Part shown: piece by piece, positions 29,364 to 40,054 of the stretch
How positions within the stretch are numbered: the stretch's first letter is position 1
Layout of the letters: every line of letters starts with the position of its first letter
DNA from: Candidatus Eiseniibacteriota bacterium
Lineage (GTDB): Bacteria; Eisenbacteria; RBG-16-71-46; CAIMUX01; VGJL01
Direction: 5' to 3'
Assembly (NCBI GenBank): GCA_963792585.1
Contig: CAWBWI010000006.1
Span: forward strand, 896,001-960,000
Length of the DNA stretch: 64,000 nt
Position numbers and translations under genes: made by a program
The notes under the pieces: generated by a model
Databases searched by the model: none
Told to the model about the DNA's origin: nothing
The model's input: the letters and a program-made list of their open reading frames with translations, nothing else

Positions 29364-30101
29364 CTACTTCGACGGAACATTGATGAGGACGGGAAGCTTC
29401 CCCTTCCAGTCGTCCCACGTCCTCGGGTCCATAGCGAGTCGACCCATGAAGTGCGCGACGTTGGCCATGTTGGACTTGCCGGGAGCGAAAAGACTGCTCA
29501 CGAGGTACTCGTGCACCTCGTACTCCGAGACATCTCCCTCCAAGAGCGAATCCGGCCGGACCGCCGCCCACTGGATGCATGGGTGAGAGGTCCCGATGCT
29601 CTTGTACAAGAACTCCGCGGCACGCTGGTTATCCATGGCCGGGGGGACCAAGCCGCGGAGCATCCACATGGCCGCCCTCTCCCGCCGTCCGCGAATCGCA
29701 TCCAGGCCTTCCGGGTGATGGACCGAAACGCTGCTCATGAGGATGAACTTGACCGGCTGCACGGGATGCAGCGACTCGATCGCCCGGCACAGCCTTGCCG
29801 TGGCCCGCGTCACGAGATCGCGCGGCGGCCCAAAGATGCCCGCAAGGCTGATGACGTGACCAAGGCAACAGATGACGGCATCGCAACCTCGAACCTGGTC
29901 CCGGAGTTCCTCGTCGCTCAGAGACGGCAGGTCCGCCTCGAGGACGCGCACCTTTGGGTCGGCGGCGACGCTTTCCGGAAGTTTCCCGGAAGATCGGACC
30001 ACCGTGCGGACGTTGACGTCGTGGCTCCGCAGTTCTTTCAGAACGCGCCGGCCCGTGCGCCCGGTGCCACCGAGGAGCAGAACGGTCTGCAGTTCAGGCA
30101 T
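29364..30101 (-). CDS. NAD(P)H-binding (atypical SDR) oxidoreductase
   Basis: LLGGTGRTG, WAAVRPD and ANVAHFM motifs. Confidence 0.8.
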   Translation of the reverse strand: MPELQTVLLLGGTGRTGRRVLKELRSHDVNVRTVVRSSGKLPESVAADPKVRVLEADLPSLSDEELRDQVRGCDAVICCLGHVISLAGIFGPPRDLVTRATARLCRAIESLHPVQPVKFILMSSVSVHHPEGLDAIRGRRERAAMWMLRGLVPPAMDNQRAAEFLYKSIGTSHPCIQWAAVRPDSLLEGDVSEYEVHEYLVSSLFAPGKSNMANVAHFMGRLAMDPRTWDDWKGKLPVLINVPSK

Positions 30102-30155
30102 CCCGGAGTCTCCGGCTGGTGATGCCTTCGAAGCGCCGATGGCTCGGGGATTTGC

Positions 30156-30734
30156 TCACGGCCGCGTCCCACCCGGGGTGGCGAAGTCGACGTCCTCCGC
30201 CGTGGCGGTGCCGTTCGTGCGGTCCGGGTAGCTCACCCACTTCATCGCGACGTTGAGCTCATGGATAACATTCACCGCCTCGATGCGCACGCCGTTGTCG
30301 AGATCCATGCTCTGGGTGGTGTGCGCGTCCTTGACCAGGGTCAAGTCGTAGCCACGCTCGAGCGCGCCATACGCCGTCGCCCGGATGCACCAGTTGGTCG
30401 CGGCTCCAGCCAGCACGAGGTGGGTCGCGCCGAGCTTCGCGAGCACCTCTTCGAGCGCCGTCTTCTCGAACGACGAGTTGAATCCCTTGTGGATCCGCGT
30501 CTCGCCCTCCGCGGGCACCAGTTCGGGCACCCACTGCCAGTCCGAGCTCCCATGCGGCAACTCATCATCGGCGTGCTGCACCCAGATCACAGGTGCACCC
30601 TGGGCTCGAGCCCGCTCGACCGCGCGGGCCACGTTCTTGATGATCTGGGGCGCATCCCATGCCTCCCGCACCACGCCGACCTGCACGTCGACGACCAGCA
30701 GGACTCCCTTGCTGCCCTCGCGCACCGTTGCCAT
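30156..30734 (-). CDS. Isochorismatase-family cysteine hydrolase
   Basis: LVVDVQ, conserved K, GAATNWCIRAT and DAHTT motifs. Confidence 0.88.
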   Translation of the reverse strand: MATVREGSKGVLLVVDVQVGVVREAWDAPQIIKNVARAVERARAQGAPVIWVQHADDELPHGSSDWQWVPELVPAEGETRIHKGFNSSFEKTALEEVLAKLGATHLVLAGAATNWCIRATAYGALERGYDLTLVKDAHTTQSMDLDNGVRIEAVNVIHELNVAMKWVSYPDRTNGTATAEDVDFATPGGTRP

Positions 30735-30736
30735 TT

Positions 30737-31474
30737 CTATGACCTCCTGTAGACCGAGACGTGGCCCTTGCTTGCCTTGGTGAACGGCCGCCGGTCCCAG
30801 TCGCCCCAGCGTTCCTCGAGCTCGAGACCGGCGAGCTGTCCCATCAAGTCTAGCTCCGACGGCCAGGCGTACCGAAGCCTCACGGGAAAGAAGCGCGGTC
30901 CGCCGGCGCCCAGGCTCACGTGTGTGGCCACGACGAGCTGCCGGACCGTGTCGATTTCCGCCACGTCGAAGCGGACCTCCGTTTGATTCTGCGTGATGAG
31001 TCGCATGTCCTGCCCGTCCCGGAACCGGCCGAGGTCGGGAACGAACAGCTCGAGGACGAAGCGGCCCCCCGGCGCCAGGTGAGCCGTCGCATTCCGGAAG
31101 CAGCGAACCTGATCATCCTGGGTCTGCAGATTGAAGAACGTGTTGAAGACGACGTAGATGAGGGCGAACTCACCTTCGGCGGCCACCTCCGCGAAGTCTC
31201 CCATGACGACAGGAATCTCGCTCCCTCCGGGCTTGGACCGAAGCTTGGCCACCATCTCCAGAGAGGCATCGATCCCGGTAGTATCGACGCCGGCTTCGCG
31301 AAGCGGCAAGGCGACCCGTCCCGTGCCGATTCCCAGCTCCAGAGCCCGGCCGTTCCCGGCGAGATTCTTCAGCGTGGCGACTGTGGCCGGATCGTAGGCG
31401 TCGTAGTACCGGTCGTAGACGTCGGCGATCTGGTCGCCGTAGGTTCGGATGCCATAGTCGTTGGATTCGGTCAT
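30737..31474 (-). CDS. Class I SAM-dependent methyltransferase
   Basis: ALELGIGTGR, VVFNTFFNL and RYAWPSELDLM motifs. Confidence 0.88.
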   Translation of the reverse strand: MTESNDYGIRTYGDQIADVYDRYYDAYDPATVATLKNLAGNGRALELGIGTGRVALPLREAGVDTTGIDASLEMVAKLRSKPGGSEIPVVMGDFAEVAAEGEFALIYVVFNTFFNLQTQDDQVRCFRNATAHLAPGGRFVLELFVPDLGRFRDGQDMRLITQNQTEVRFDVAEIDTVRQLVVATHVSLGAGGPRFFPVRLRYAWPSELDLMGQLAGLELEERWGDWDRRPFTKASKGHVSVYRRS

Positions 31475-31631
31475 GGCTTGGTCACCTCCTGTCCAGCAGG
31501 ACTTCCGTGGATGCTCACCGCAAGGCTACTCCATGGGCGGCCGCCGAAGGGATCCCTGGCTGGGCATGGTCACGCGGGGCGTTCGAGAACGGGAGCGCCG
31601 CGGCCCATGAAAGCCCGCGGATGGGGGCAAA

Positions 31632-31942
31632 GAAAAGGACTACCGGTAGATCCCCTTGACGGCGCCCCAGGTGGTGTCCTTCGTCGGCACAACGCCACAC
31701 TCGAACTCCTGGCTGGCGTCGAAGACCACAAGTTCGCCAATGACCCAATCCGGGAAGGAGAAGTACACGCTTCGAAACATCGAGTCACATCCCGTGAGAC
31801 CGCCCGCGGCGAGTCGCCCGAGCTGCGGAGGATATGTATGGTCGCCGGCTTGCGCGACGAACCAGTACCGGACAGATGCCGCCACGGGAAAGGAGACAGC
31901 CCCCTCGTAGACGAAGATAGGATAGAAGCCCCCTTGGCAGTA
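31632..31942. repeat. Direct repeat A, copy 1 (paralog of 45266-45575)
   Basis: About 310 bp of similarity, including a 74-bp identical block (31818-31891 = 45452-45525). Confidence 0.9.
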
Positions 31943-32347
31943 CACGAAGGTCTCGCCCGCGTAGTCCGGAATCACATACTCCGCCAACAGATTGTTCGGG
32001 ACGCAGCCGCCGTCATCGAAGAATTCGAGATTCCAGGTCGTGGCCACCAGTGCGTCGCCACAGCCATTATTGTTGTAATAGCCGCCCCACCAGCGGGCGA
32101 GCACGATGGTCTCATCGCTCTCCAGATGAAAGTCGTTGGCGACCTCGGTCTCTAGACCAAACTGTCCGAGGATCTCCGAAGAAGCAATCAACCCCTCCAG
32201 ATCCGGCGGTTCGCTCCAGCAAGCGTCGCGGTTGGAGTCGAGAACATTGGGCGGCCCGGAGGGGCCGACGGACATGGTCGGCGTCATGGCCCACACTGTG
32301 CCTGCAGCCACGAAACTCATGGCGAGGATACGGGCGAGCATTTTCAT
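31640..32347 (-). CDS. Secreted Cys/aromatic-rich protein ending in TTWGAVKGIYR
   Basis: GGAGGT SD, signal peptide and C-terminal TWG motif; no recognised catalytic domain. Confidence 0.7.
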   Translation of the reverse strand: MKMLARILAMSFVAAGTVWAMTPTMSVGPSGPPNVLDSNRDACWSEPPDLEGLIASSEILGQFGLETEVANDFHLESDETIVLARWWGGYYNNNGCGDALVATTWNLEFFDDGGCVPNNLLAEYVIPDYAGETFVYCQGGFYPIFVYEGAVSFPVAASVRYWFVAQAGDHTYPPQLGRLAAGGLTGCDSMFRSVYFSFPDWVIGELVVFDASQEFECGVVPTKDTTWGAVKGIYR

Positions 32348-32528
32348 GGTCGGTCACCTCCACGCGTCATCGAGCGCGACTCGATCATACGCCGCCCGAA
32401 GGCCCGATGACAGCGGCGAAGAGGCGGCGCTCTGCAGAGTTCGCGATACAGCGCGTCGCTTCGCGCTATTGGGCGGCCCGCAGGGAGCCGCGCGATGCGG
32501 GCGCAGGAGGCGGCGGGCGAAGACCTCC

Positions 32529-32566
32529 GCGAGCGGCCAGCCACACCCCCACGAGATTGATTCCGA
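32529..32566. repeat. Direct repeat B, copy 1: duplicate of the 3' end of the SMR gene (46037-46074)
   Basis: 34 of 38 nt match, with the exact 20-mer CCAGCCACACCCCCACGAGA. Confidence 0.8.
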
Positions 32567-32849
32567 CAGGGAACTTCACCGCCCCGACCAGTCGCCACGC
32601 CCACTCTGAAGCACTGCGACCGAGTATCGCCGAGCTTCGATTTGGTTTCCGCACGCTGTCCAGGTCCCCATGGGTGATCGCTGGGGTGCGTTCCCCCGCT
32701 GGTGGCGGGAGATGCGAGCCATCGCCCTGCATTCTCCGGCTGGATGGCTGTTCCAGGGAATGCATCTCCCCTCCAGCCATCCGAAGGTCCCTGGCGGTTA
32801 TCGTCACGCGAGGCGTTCGGGAACGCAAACCCCGCGGCACTCTCCTCTA

Positions 32850-33160
32850 GCGCCTCTCGCGGCGGCGGTCGGATCACAGGCTCCGCCGCCACGAGGTCCC
32901 TGCCGCCGTCCGCTTCCCTAGCGTTTGAAATGCAATCCTCATCGAGCAGTGCGAATCCGAGCGCTGGACGCGGCGACCTCGCTGGCGACAAGACGGACGC
33001 TGAGCACGGCAGCCCCAGGTGCCTCAAGATCTTCCCCACAACCTCGGGATCGTTATGAAACGCGAGCACGATCATCGGTACACGTTGCGTCGTCGTCGAG
33101 CAGCGGGGACAGACGAGCGCATCCAGGTGCAGGACGCGGCAAAGTAATGTCTACGGTGGC
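32850..33160 (-). mobile_element. IS91/ISCR-like transposase C-terminal remnant, copy 1
   Basis: Reads LCRVLHLDALVCPRC...MIVLAFHNDPEVVGKILRHLGLP...LSPARSP, typical of the C-terminus of these transposases. No N-terminus present. Confidence 0.65.
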
Positions 33161-33349
33161 GATCGGCGGCCGGAGGTCGAGGACGGAATCGTAGTCCTTT
33201 CAATAGCCGATCTTGTCATGCAGGTGGAAGCGGACCGCGTGTTCCCATGAAGCGAAGCCGATCCGGGGATCAGTGTGTATGGAACGACCGGCCCGCGAAT
33301 CGTAACGTCGTGCCGCCCTTCTGAGGGGGCGGTCGACGGGGTTGCGGAA

Positions 33350-35653
33350 TCACCGGACAGCAACGTACGACGCCGTCCTCGTTCCCTCTGCCGACGTGAC
33401 CCGCACCTGATAAACTCCGGCGGACAGCGCGCGCCCACCGCCGGCCTGGCCGTCCCATGCGATCGTGTGGTCGCCGGCGCCGAAAATCCCCTGGAAGACC
33501 TCGCGGATCCGGCGGCCCGCCACGTCGTGAAGGCTCGCCTGGACCGGCCCGCTCCTCGTGGTCGCGAACCGGATGAAGCCGTGCGCGGATCCCGGATTGG
33601 GGAAGATCTTCAGGTGCATGCCGGCCGCGACCGCCGGGTCATCGCCGACATCCGCGCTCGCGCCGCACTGGATCGGCAGGATCTGGAGGCCGCTGGGCCC
33701 GTCCGCGACGCAGGCGAACGGTGTGCCGCCGGCAAAAATACCGTTCCAGATGCCCACGTCGGTGGCGTAGCCCGGCGTCTTCACGCCGCCGATGATCAAC
33801 GGGAGATAGACATTCGACATGTCGATCACTTGCATGCCGGCGACGTCGTCTGAGACGTAGGCGTGGTTGCCGGAGACGGTCACGCTCTTAGCAAGACCGG
33901 GAGTATCCACAAAGGCCACAGTGACAGGGGTCTGGGGATTGGTGATGTTAAGAACCCGCACACCCGCGGTCCAGTCCGCGACGAGGGCGTAGATGGAAGG
34001 GGGCTGGCTCAGGATGGCCACGTCGGCGGCAAGGCCCGGCGTGTCCACGATGCTGACGGTCTGTGGGTTCGCGGGATTCGTGATGTCAACTACCTGCATA
34101 CCGGCGCTGTTGATCGCGACGTAGGCGTAGTTGCCATGGACCGCCACGCCTTCCGCAGGGCCCGATGTCTGGACGAAGGCCACCTCGACGGGGGCTGCGG
34201 GATTCTCGACGTTCATGATCCGAACTCCCGAGGTCCAGTCCGCAACGAGGGCGTGAAGCGCCTCTGTGAGGGCCACGTCGAACGCAAAACCCGGCGTGTC
34301 CAGGCTGCCTACGATCTGAGGGTTTGCGGGGTTCGCGATCGACACGACCTGCAGGCCGTAGTCGTAGTCCGCGACGAACGCGTGGTTGCCCGCAACGGCC
34401 ACGCCGTATCCAAAACCTGGGGTATCCACTCCTCCCACGCGGTTGGGATTCGCCGGGTTGGACACATCGATCACCTGCAAACCGGAGTTCCAGTCCGCGA
34501 CGCAGGCGAGGTTGCCCGAAACGGCCACCGCGTTGGCATCGCCCGGCGTGTCCTCGGCGCCCACAATCTGGGGGCTCGTGGGATGGGTGATGTCGACGAT
34601 GTGCATACCGCCGTCAAGGTCTGCCACGTGGGCCCGGTTGCCCAGGATCGAGACGCGTATGGCAAGGCCCGGTAGGCCCACGCTGCCTACGACACGAGGG
34701 TCCGTGGGATCCGTGATGTCGACCACGACGAGCCCGCCGATCGAATCGGCGACATAGGCGAAGTTACCGCTCACGGCCACGCCGTTGGCATGGCCCGGAG
34801 TATCCACGCTGCCCCTGATCTCAGGGCCCGGGGGGTTCAGGACGCTGACCACAACCAGACCGTTGGCCCCGTCTGCGACATATGCGTAGTTCCCCGAGAC
34901 GACCACGCCGCGGGCATCGCCCGGGGTGTCCACGCCACCCACGCGAATCGGATTCGTCGGCTCATCCACGTCGACAATGGCAAGGCCATGAAGTCCGTCC
35001 GCGACGGCGAGGATCACTCCGAAGGGATAGGAGAGCCGGTTCGCATCGTTCGCAGTGCCCGGAGTATCCAGGCTCCCCACGATCACCGGATTCGGCGGGT
35101 TCGCGACGTTGATCACCTGCAGACCCGCCTCCTGGTCCGCGACGAAGAGCAGGGGGTACTCGAGTTCCATCCCCGAGGCCCGGTCCGGAGTGTTCACGCT
35201 GCCGACGATCTGAGGGTTCTGGGGATTCGTGATGTCGATCACCACCACCCCGGTCGCCCAGTCTCCGATATACGCATAGTTGCCGAGGACCTTCACCGCG
35301 ACAGCGAAACCCGGCGTGTCCACCTGGCCCACGACTTGCGGGTTTGCGGCATCCGTGACGCTGATCACCTTGAAGCCGGCGGCACCGTCCGCGGCGTACG
35401 CCCAGACGTCGAGTCCTCCATCGTCCACGACGGCGACATCGTAGACCTGGCCCGGCGTGTCGATCGCCGAGGTCCACCTGACGAAGTCCTGATAGTCGAT
35501 GCAGCCTTCCTGGGCCCAAGCGGGCGAGGAAGCGGTCAGCGCGAGGCAAGCACCGAGCAGGCACCGCGCCAGGGTCATGCTCCACGACAAGGAACGACCG
35601 CGAGACGCGGATGCGAGGACGGCCGATGGCCGCTGACCTTCATGGGATCGCAT
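33350..35653 (-). CDS. Secreted LVIVD-repeat protein (14 repeats) with a C-terminal FlgD/T9SS-like domain
   Basis: AGGAGG SD; 14 units of xDTPGxAxxVAVxGNxAYVADxxxGLxVIDxxNP; C-terminal FPNP...DVAGRR...WDG...GVY. Confidence 0.88.
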   Translation of the reverse strand: MRSHEGQRPSAVLASASRGRSLSWSMTLARCLLGACLALTASSPAWAQEGCIDYQDFVRWTSAIDTPGQVYDVAVVDDGGLDVWAYAADGAAGFKVISVTDAANPQVVGQVDTPGFAVAVKVLGNYAYIGDWATGVVVIDITNPQNPQIVGSVNTPDRASGMELEYPLLFVADQEAGLQVINVANPPNPVIVGSLDTPGTANDANRLSYPFGVILAVADGLHGLAIVDVDEPTNPIRVGGVDTPGDARGVVVSGNYAYVADGANGLVVVSVLNPPGPEIRGSVDTPGHANGVAVSGNFAYVADSIGGLVVVDITDPTDPRVVGSVGLPGLAIRVSILGNRAHVADLDGGMHIVDITHPTSPQIVGAEDTPGDANAVAVSGNLACVADWNSGLQVIDVSNPANPNRVGGVDTPGFGYGVAVAGNHAFVADYDYGLQVVSIANPANPQIVGSLDTPGFAFDVALTEALHALVADWTSGVRIMNVENPAAPVEVAFVQTSGPAEGVAVHGNYAYVAINSAGMQVVDITNPANPQTVSIVDTPGLAADVAILSQPPSIYALVADWTAGVRVLNITNPQTPVTVAFVDTPGLAKSVTVSGNHAYVSDDVAGMQVIDMSNVYLPLIIGGVKTPGYATDVGIWNGIFAGGTPFACVADGPSGLQILPIQCGASADVGDDPAVAAGMHLKIFPNPGSAHGFIRFATTRSGPVQASLHDVAGRRIREVFQGIFGAGDHTIAWDGQAGGGRALSAGVYQVRVTSAEGTRTASYVAVR

Positions 35654-35944
35654 AGCTCTATCCTCCTATGGCTCTCGAACCCGGCCGGTTTCGCAGTTGG
35701 TGCCGATCCTCGGCTCTCTCATCACATACAGCCGCAAAAGGAGGCCCGACCCCGCCAGAGATTCCGCCGCGCGGGGATCCTCAAGACAGGAGGGGGCCGA
35801 GCGTGAGAACAGGCGATTCCGCCGAATGACGGCAGCGGACCAATGGACCCTTGAGCCGGAGGATTTCAGCGGGATCCGCAGGGGCGGGGCGTGACAGGAG
35901 GCGTGGAGGGAGCCCTCGTACGCGCCGTCGCCCCGGAGCGGCGA

Positions 35945-38900
35945 CTACGGGGCCGAGGGACCGGGCCCCGAAGAGGACTCGGACGGTCGTTCCGAAGAGG
36001 AAGCCCCCGCGCGCCAGAGCGCGGCCTGATCCGGCCGGCCCCGCCGTTCGTAGAATCCCGCGATCTCCCCGGCCACCCTTCGGGATCGCGGATGCTCGGC
36101 GCCCAGGTCCCCGGCGACGACCTCGTATCCTGCGAGGAGCTCGCGCTCGGCTTCGTCGACTCGGCCGAGGGCGGCGAGAGCCAGTCCACGGTTGCTACGA
36201 AGGTTGCCGAAGTTGGCGTGCCCTGCGGGCCACAGCCCAGATGCGAGCGCGAGACCGGCCGTGAACTGCGCCTCCGCTTCCTCCGCGCGACCGAGATCCA
36301 GATGCGCCTTCCCCAAGTTGTTCATCGCCACGGCGATGTCCGGGTGGCTCTCGCCGTGGACGCGCCGGAAGATGGCTCCTGCCTCGCTGAAAGCGGGGAT
36401 CGCATCCTCGGACCGCCCCATCAGGCGGTAGAGGGCGCCGAGATTGTTGAGCGCGACGGCGACGTCCCAATGCGTCTCGCCCACTGCGCGGCGCGTCCTC
36501 TCGAGTGAGGAGAGTCGAAGCGCCAGCGCCTCCTCTAGCGCGCCGGTTTCTTGGAGCGCCACGGCCAGAGTCTCCTTCGCTTTCGAGACCTCGGGGTTGT
36601 CCGCTCCGAGGCTTCGCTCGAGCGTCGCGATCGCTTCGCGCTCGAGCGGAATCGTCTCGCTGAAGCGTCCGGCTTCATTGAGCACGACCCCGAGGCTCGC
36701 GAGGGCGAACGCCGTGTTCGTGTGGGTCGGGCCGAGGATGCGGGTGTAGATCTCGATCGCTTCGCGCTGGAGCCGCTCCGCCTCGTCCAGCTCGTGGGTC
36801 GCCCGGAGCACGGCGGCAAGCCCGTCCGCGGCTGACGCGACCTCCACGTGGTCGACGACGTGCACGCGCCGGAACATGTCCAGCGCGTCCCGGCCAGCCT
36901 CCACCGCCGCGTCGTAGCGGCCCTGCTTCCTATGGAGCCGGCAGAGATCCATGAGACTTCGCGCGAGTTCCGCCCCGTCGTCTCCTGATCGGGCTCGACG
37001 CATGGCGACCGCCGCCGACAGGAACGACTCTGCCTCGCCGTAGCGTCCCAGGTTTGTGAAGTTGGCACCGCGCGTGCGGAGGTAGCGCTCTCGCACCCCG
37101 ACCCGAAGTGCAGACAGCGCCTCGATCTCCTGGCCGAGAACCGCAAGCTGGGACTCGCCGTTCGCGTAGTCGCCGCGTCGAACGGTCAGTTCAGCAAGCA
37201 GCATCCGACTCTCAATCGTCTCGGGTGCGAGCGGACCCCGCTCGCGTCGCCACATCTCGGCCGCGCGCAGCATCTGGCGCTGCGCCTCTTCGTAGAGGCC
37301 GAGCCCCATGTAGGTGGAACCGAGCGCATGCCGTACGCCCGCCTCCACGAGCGCGGGCGCGCTTGTCTTCTCGTCTAGCTCGCGCGCGGCACGGTCTACC
37401 AGTTCCCGAAGGGTCACCTCCGATCCGCGCGGGTTCATCTCCGGGTTCGCATCGAGGAGCATCCGGGTAAGGAGTGCGTTGACCGCGGTTGCGACCTCTG
37501 CCTGCCCGCGGGCTTCCGCCTCCGCACGGCGTGCGCGCGCTGCCTGCATCAGCGTCGCGGCCAGACCCGCCAGGAGCACGGCAATCGCCGCTGCCGCCCC
37601 CGCCGCGAGGGTCGTGGTCGTGGCGAGCCCAACCGCGAGGGCCACCGCAATGATCACGCCGGCAGCGACGGGAGCGCGATGGCGCCGCGCGAGCTTCTGC
37701 AGGCGGTAGGTCACGCTCGGCGCGGCCGCCAGGACCGGCTCGTCGCGCAGGTGCCGCTCAATGTCGTCGGCGAATGCCGCCGCCGATGGATACCGCTGCT
37801 CTCGCTCCTTGGCCATTGCCTTCAGCACGATCCAGTCCAGATCACCGCGCAGTTCCCGCGCGGCGCAGGGCGCCTTTCCGCGTTCGCTCGCGTCCGCGCC
37901 CGCACCCCCCGGCGCACGGGCGCCGGGCCCGCTCCCGCCGTCGACGTCGACCGCGCTCGGCCTCGGAGGGTCCTCCTCGCGAAGAAGTCGCTGGACCTCC
38001 GCGATCCCGATCCGACGCAACCGCTCGGGCTCGAACGGAAGCCTTCCGGTAAGGAGCCGATAGAGCACGACGCCGAGCGAATAGACGTCGGTGCGGGTGT
38101 CCACGTCGATTCCGCCCGACATCGCCTGCTCCGGGCTCATGAACTCTGGCGTCCCGAGGAAGTCGCCGGCCCCCGTGTGCAGGGTCTCGCCCGAGAGCGC
38201 CCCGGCCGTGGCCTTCGCGATCCCGAAGTCGATGACCCTGGGATGAGGCTTGCCGTCCGTCGCCGAGACCAGGATGTTCGAAGGCTTCAGGTCTCGGTGG
38301 ATGATCCCTTTCTGGTGCGCGTGCTCGACCGCGCGGCAGACGGCGACGAACAGCGCTAGACCCTCGCGCAGCGAAAGCCGCCGATGCTCGCAGAACTCGG
38401 AGATCGACTGACCCGAGACAAGCTCCATGGCAAAGTAGGGTCGGCCTGTTTCCGTCATCCCCGCGTCGTAGACCTTGGCAATCGATGGGTGCTCCATCAG
38501 AGCGAGCGTTTGGCGCTCCGCCTCGAAACGCGCCAGCACTGCCTTCGAGTCCATGCCCGCCTTCAGTACCTTGAGAGCGACCCGGCGTCGAACCGGTGTC
38601 GTCTGCTCGGCTTCGTAGACCTCGCCGAAACCGCCCTCGCCGAGCTGACGGAGGATACGATAGGAACCGATCGACTCGGGCAGCGCCGTGACCACACGGA
38701 TACCCGAGTTCTCCGGATCGCCCGAGAGGCCGTCGGGCCCGCGCCCGGTCGCGCCGGGGTGGAGGATCGGCGGAGGCAGGGAGGACTCTGCACTGGATTC
38801 GCGTGCCAGAAGATCCAGGACCTCGTTGCGGAGACTGTCGTCGCCGCGGCACTGGTCTTCGAGAAACCCGGCCCGCTCGTGCACGGGAAGGTCGAGGCAA

Positions 38901-38947
38901 TCGAGGAACAGCTCCTCGATCCGTCGATGTCGACTCCCGATGTTCAT
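35945..38947 (-). CDS. Membrane Ser/Thr protein kinase with C-terminal TPR repeats
   Basis: LGEGGFGEV, VALK, HRDLKPSN, IDFGIAK, GTPEFMSPEQ and DVYSLG motifs; TM segment; kinesin-light-chain-type TPRs. Confidence 0.93.
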   Translation of the reverse strand: MNIGSRHRRIEELFLDCLDLPVHERAGFLEDQCRGDDSLRNEVLDLLARESSAESSLPPPILHPGATGRGPDGLSGDPENSGIRVVTALPESIGSYRILRQLGEGGFGEVYEAEQTTPVRRRVALKVLKAGMDSKAVLARFEAERQTLALMEHPSIAKVYDAGMTETGRPYFAMELVSGQSISEFCEHRRLSLREGLALFVAVCRAVEHAHQKGIIHRDLKPSNILVSATDGKPHPRVIDFGIAKATAGALSGETLHTGAGDFLGTPEFMSPEQAMSGGIDVDTRTDVYSLGVVLYRLLTGRLPFEPERLRRIGIAEVQRLLREEDPPRPSAVDVDGGSGPGARAPGGAGADASERGKAPCAARELRGDLDWIVLKAMAKEREQRYPSAAAFADDIERHLRDEPVLAAAPSVTYRLQKLARRHRAPVAAGVIIAVALAVGLATTTTLAAGAAAAIAVLLAGLAATLMQAARARRAEAEARGQAEVATAVNALLTRMLLDANPEMNPRGSEVTLRELVDRAARELDEKTSAPALVEAGVRHALGSTYMGLGLYEEAQRQMLRAAEMWRRERGPLAPETIESRMLLAELTVRRGDYANGESQLAVLGQEIEALSALRVGVRERYLRTRGANFTNLGRYGEAESFLSAAVAMRRARSGDDGAELARSLMDLCRLHRKQGRYDAAVEAGRDALDMFRRVHVVDHVEVASAADGLAAVLRATHELDEAERLQREAIEIYTRILGPTHTNTAFALASLGVVLNEAGRFSETIPLEREAIATLERSLGADNPEVSKAKETLAVALQETGALEEALALRLSSLERTRRAVGETHWDVAVALNNLGALYRLMGRSEDAIPAFSEAGAIFRRVHGESHPDIAVAMNNLGKAHLDLGRAEEAEAQFTAGLALASGLWPAGHANFGNLRSNRGLALAALGRVDEAERELLAGYEVVAGDLGAEHPRSRRVAGEIAGFYERRGRPDQAALWRAGASSSERPSESSSGPGPSAP

Positions 38948-39266
38948 GGCGAAACTCCCCCAATCCTGCGCACAAGGAACGCACTTCGAATCCCCTCGCC
39001 CGCCATGCCCACGAAGCGCCCCCTGCCTTCAATACCCCAGCCAGCAGCGGCGCATGAGCGAGGCCAGAGACTGGCGGGGCACCACCGAGCTGACTGGAAG
39101 ACACGCGATTCTAGCATCCCGCGATGGGCGCGAACGGGAGTGGTCCCCGGCTGATCTGTGGTACAGTTCTTCGTTCTTCACGGGCCCCCGGCCTTCTCCC
39201 CGACCGCGCGCGGACCGGGAGCACGACCCAGCAATCCGCTCGGCCCCGCAGGATCGGAGTCCGGAC

Positions 39267-39857
39267 ATGGAAGACGAGGGCAGAAACGAGATCACGAGGC
39301 TTCTGAACCGCGCGGCCCGGGGGGATGGCGCGGCGGCCGGCGATGTCTTCCCGGCGATCTACTCCGAGCTGCGGCGACTCGCCTCGGCCAAGCTCTCGCG
39401 GATGCCCCGCGGCGGGACGCTCCAGACCACGGCGCTTGTCCACGAGGCCTACCTCCGGATCGTCGACAGGAACCCGCAGGGCTGGGAGAGCACCCGCCAC
39501 TTCTACTTCACGGCCGCACGAGCGATGCGCGACATCCTGGTCGAGGAGGCGCGGAGCCGCACGAGCCTGAAGCGCGGTGCGGGCAGCGACCCTGTCTCTC
39601 TCGGCGAGGCGGATACGAAGGCGGAAGAGGCGTGGACCTTCGACACCACGCCCGAGGAGGTCCTGGCGCTCGACTCCGCGCTGACCAAGCTCGAACGCGA
39701 AGACGAGGAAGGGCACCGGCTCGTCCTGCTGCGCTACTACACCGGGCTCAGTCTTCCCGAAATCGCCCGGTTGCTCGGCGCCTCCCTTCGCACGGTCGAG
39801 CGACGCTGGCGGTTCCTGCGCGTCTGGCTCCAGAGGGAGATCGAGGGCGCGGCCTGA
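39267..39857 (+). CDS. ECF-type sigma factor of the kinase-associated (TIGR02999-like) group
   Basis: YSELRRLA, TLQTTALVHEAYLR, AARAMRDILVE and LALDSALTKL motifs, plus a C-terminal HTH. Confidence 0.9.
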   Translation: MEDEGRNEITRLLNRAARGDGAAAGDVFPAIYSELRRLASAKLSRMPRGGTLQTTALVHEAYLRIVDRNPQGWESTRHFYFTAARAMRDILVEEARSRTSLKRGAGSDPVSLGEADTKAEEAWTFDTTPEEVLALDSALTKLEREDEEGHRLVLLRYYTGLSLPEIARLLGASLRTVERRWRFLRVWLQREIEGAA

Positions 39858-40054
39858 AGGATGCCGGTGGCCGGCTGTAGACCGAGGCGAGCCCCGGGCT
39901 TCGACCACGAGCCGGCGGATCATCCGCGCACCGTTTCGATGGCGGCCCCGAACAGTAGCAGGAAGATCCGGAGGACGGTCCACTGGGTCTTCACCGCGGC
40001 TTGGTCCAGCCAGACCGCCGCGCCGATCTGAAGATCCCGCACCCACAGGCGCAC

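Noticed and set aside
39900..40050. Short hydrophobic minus-strand fragment next to IS relic 2
   Set aside because: No start codon and no identifiable family; too little to call.
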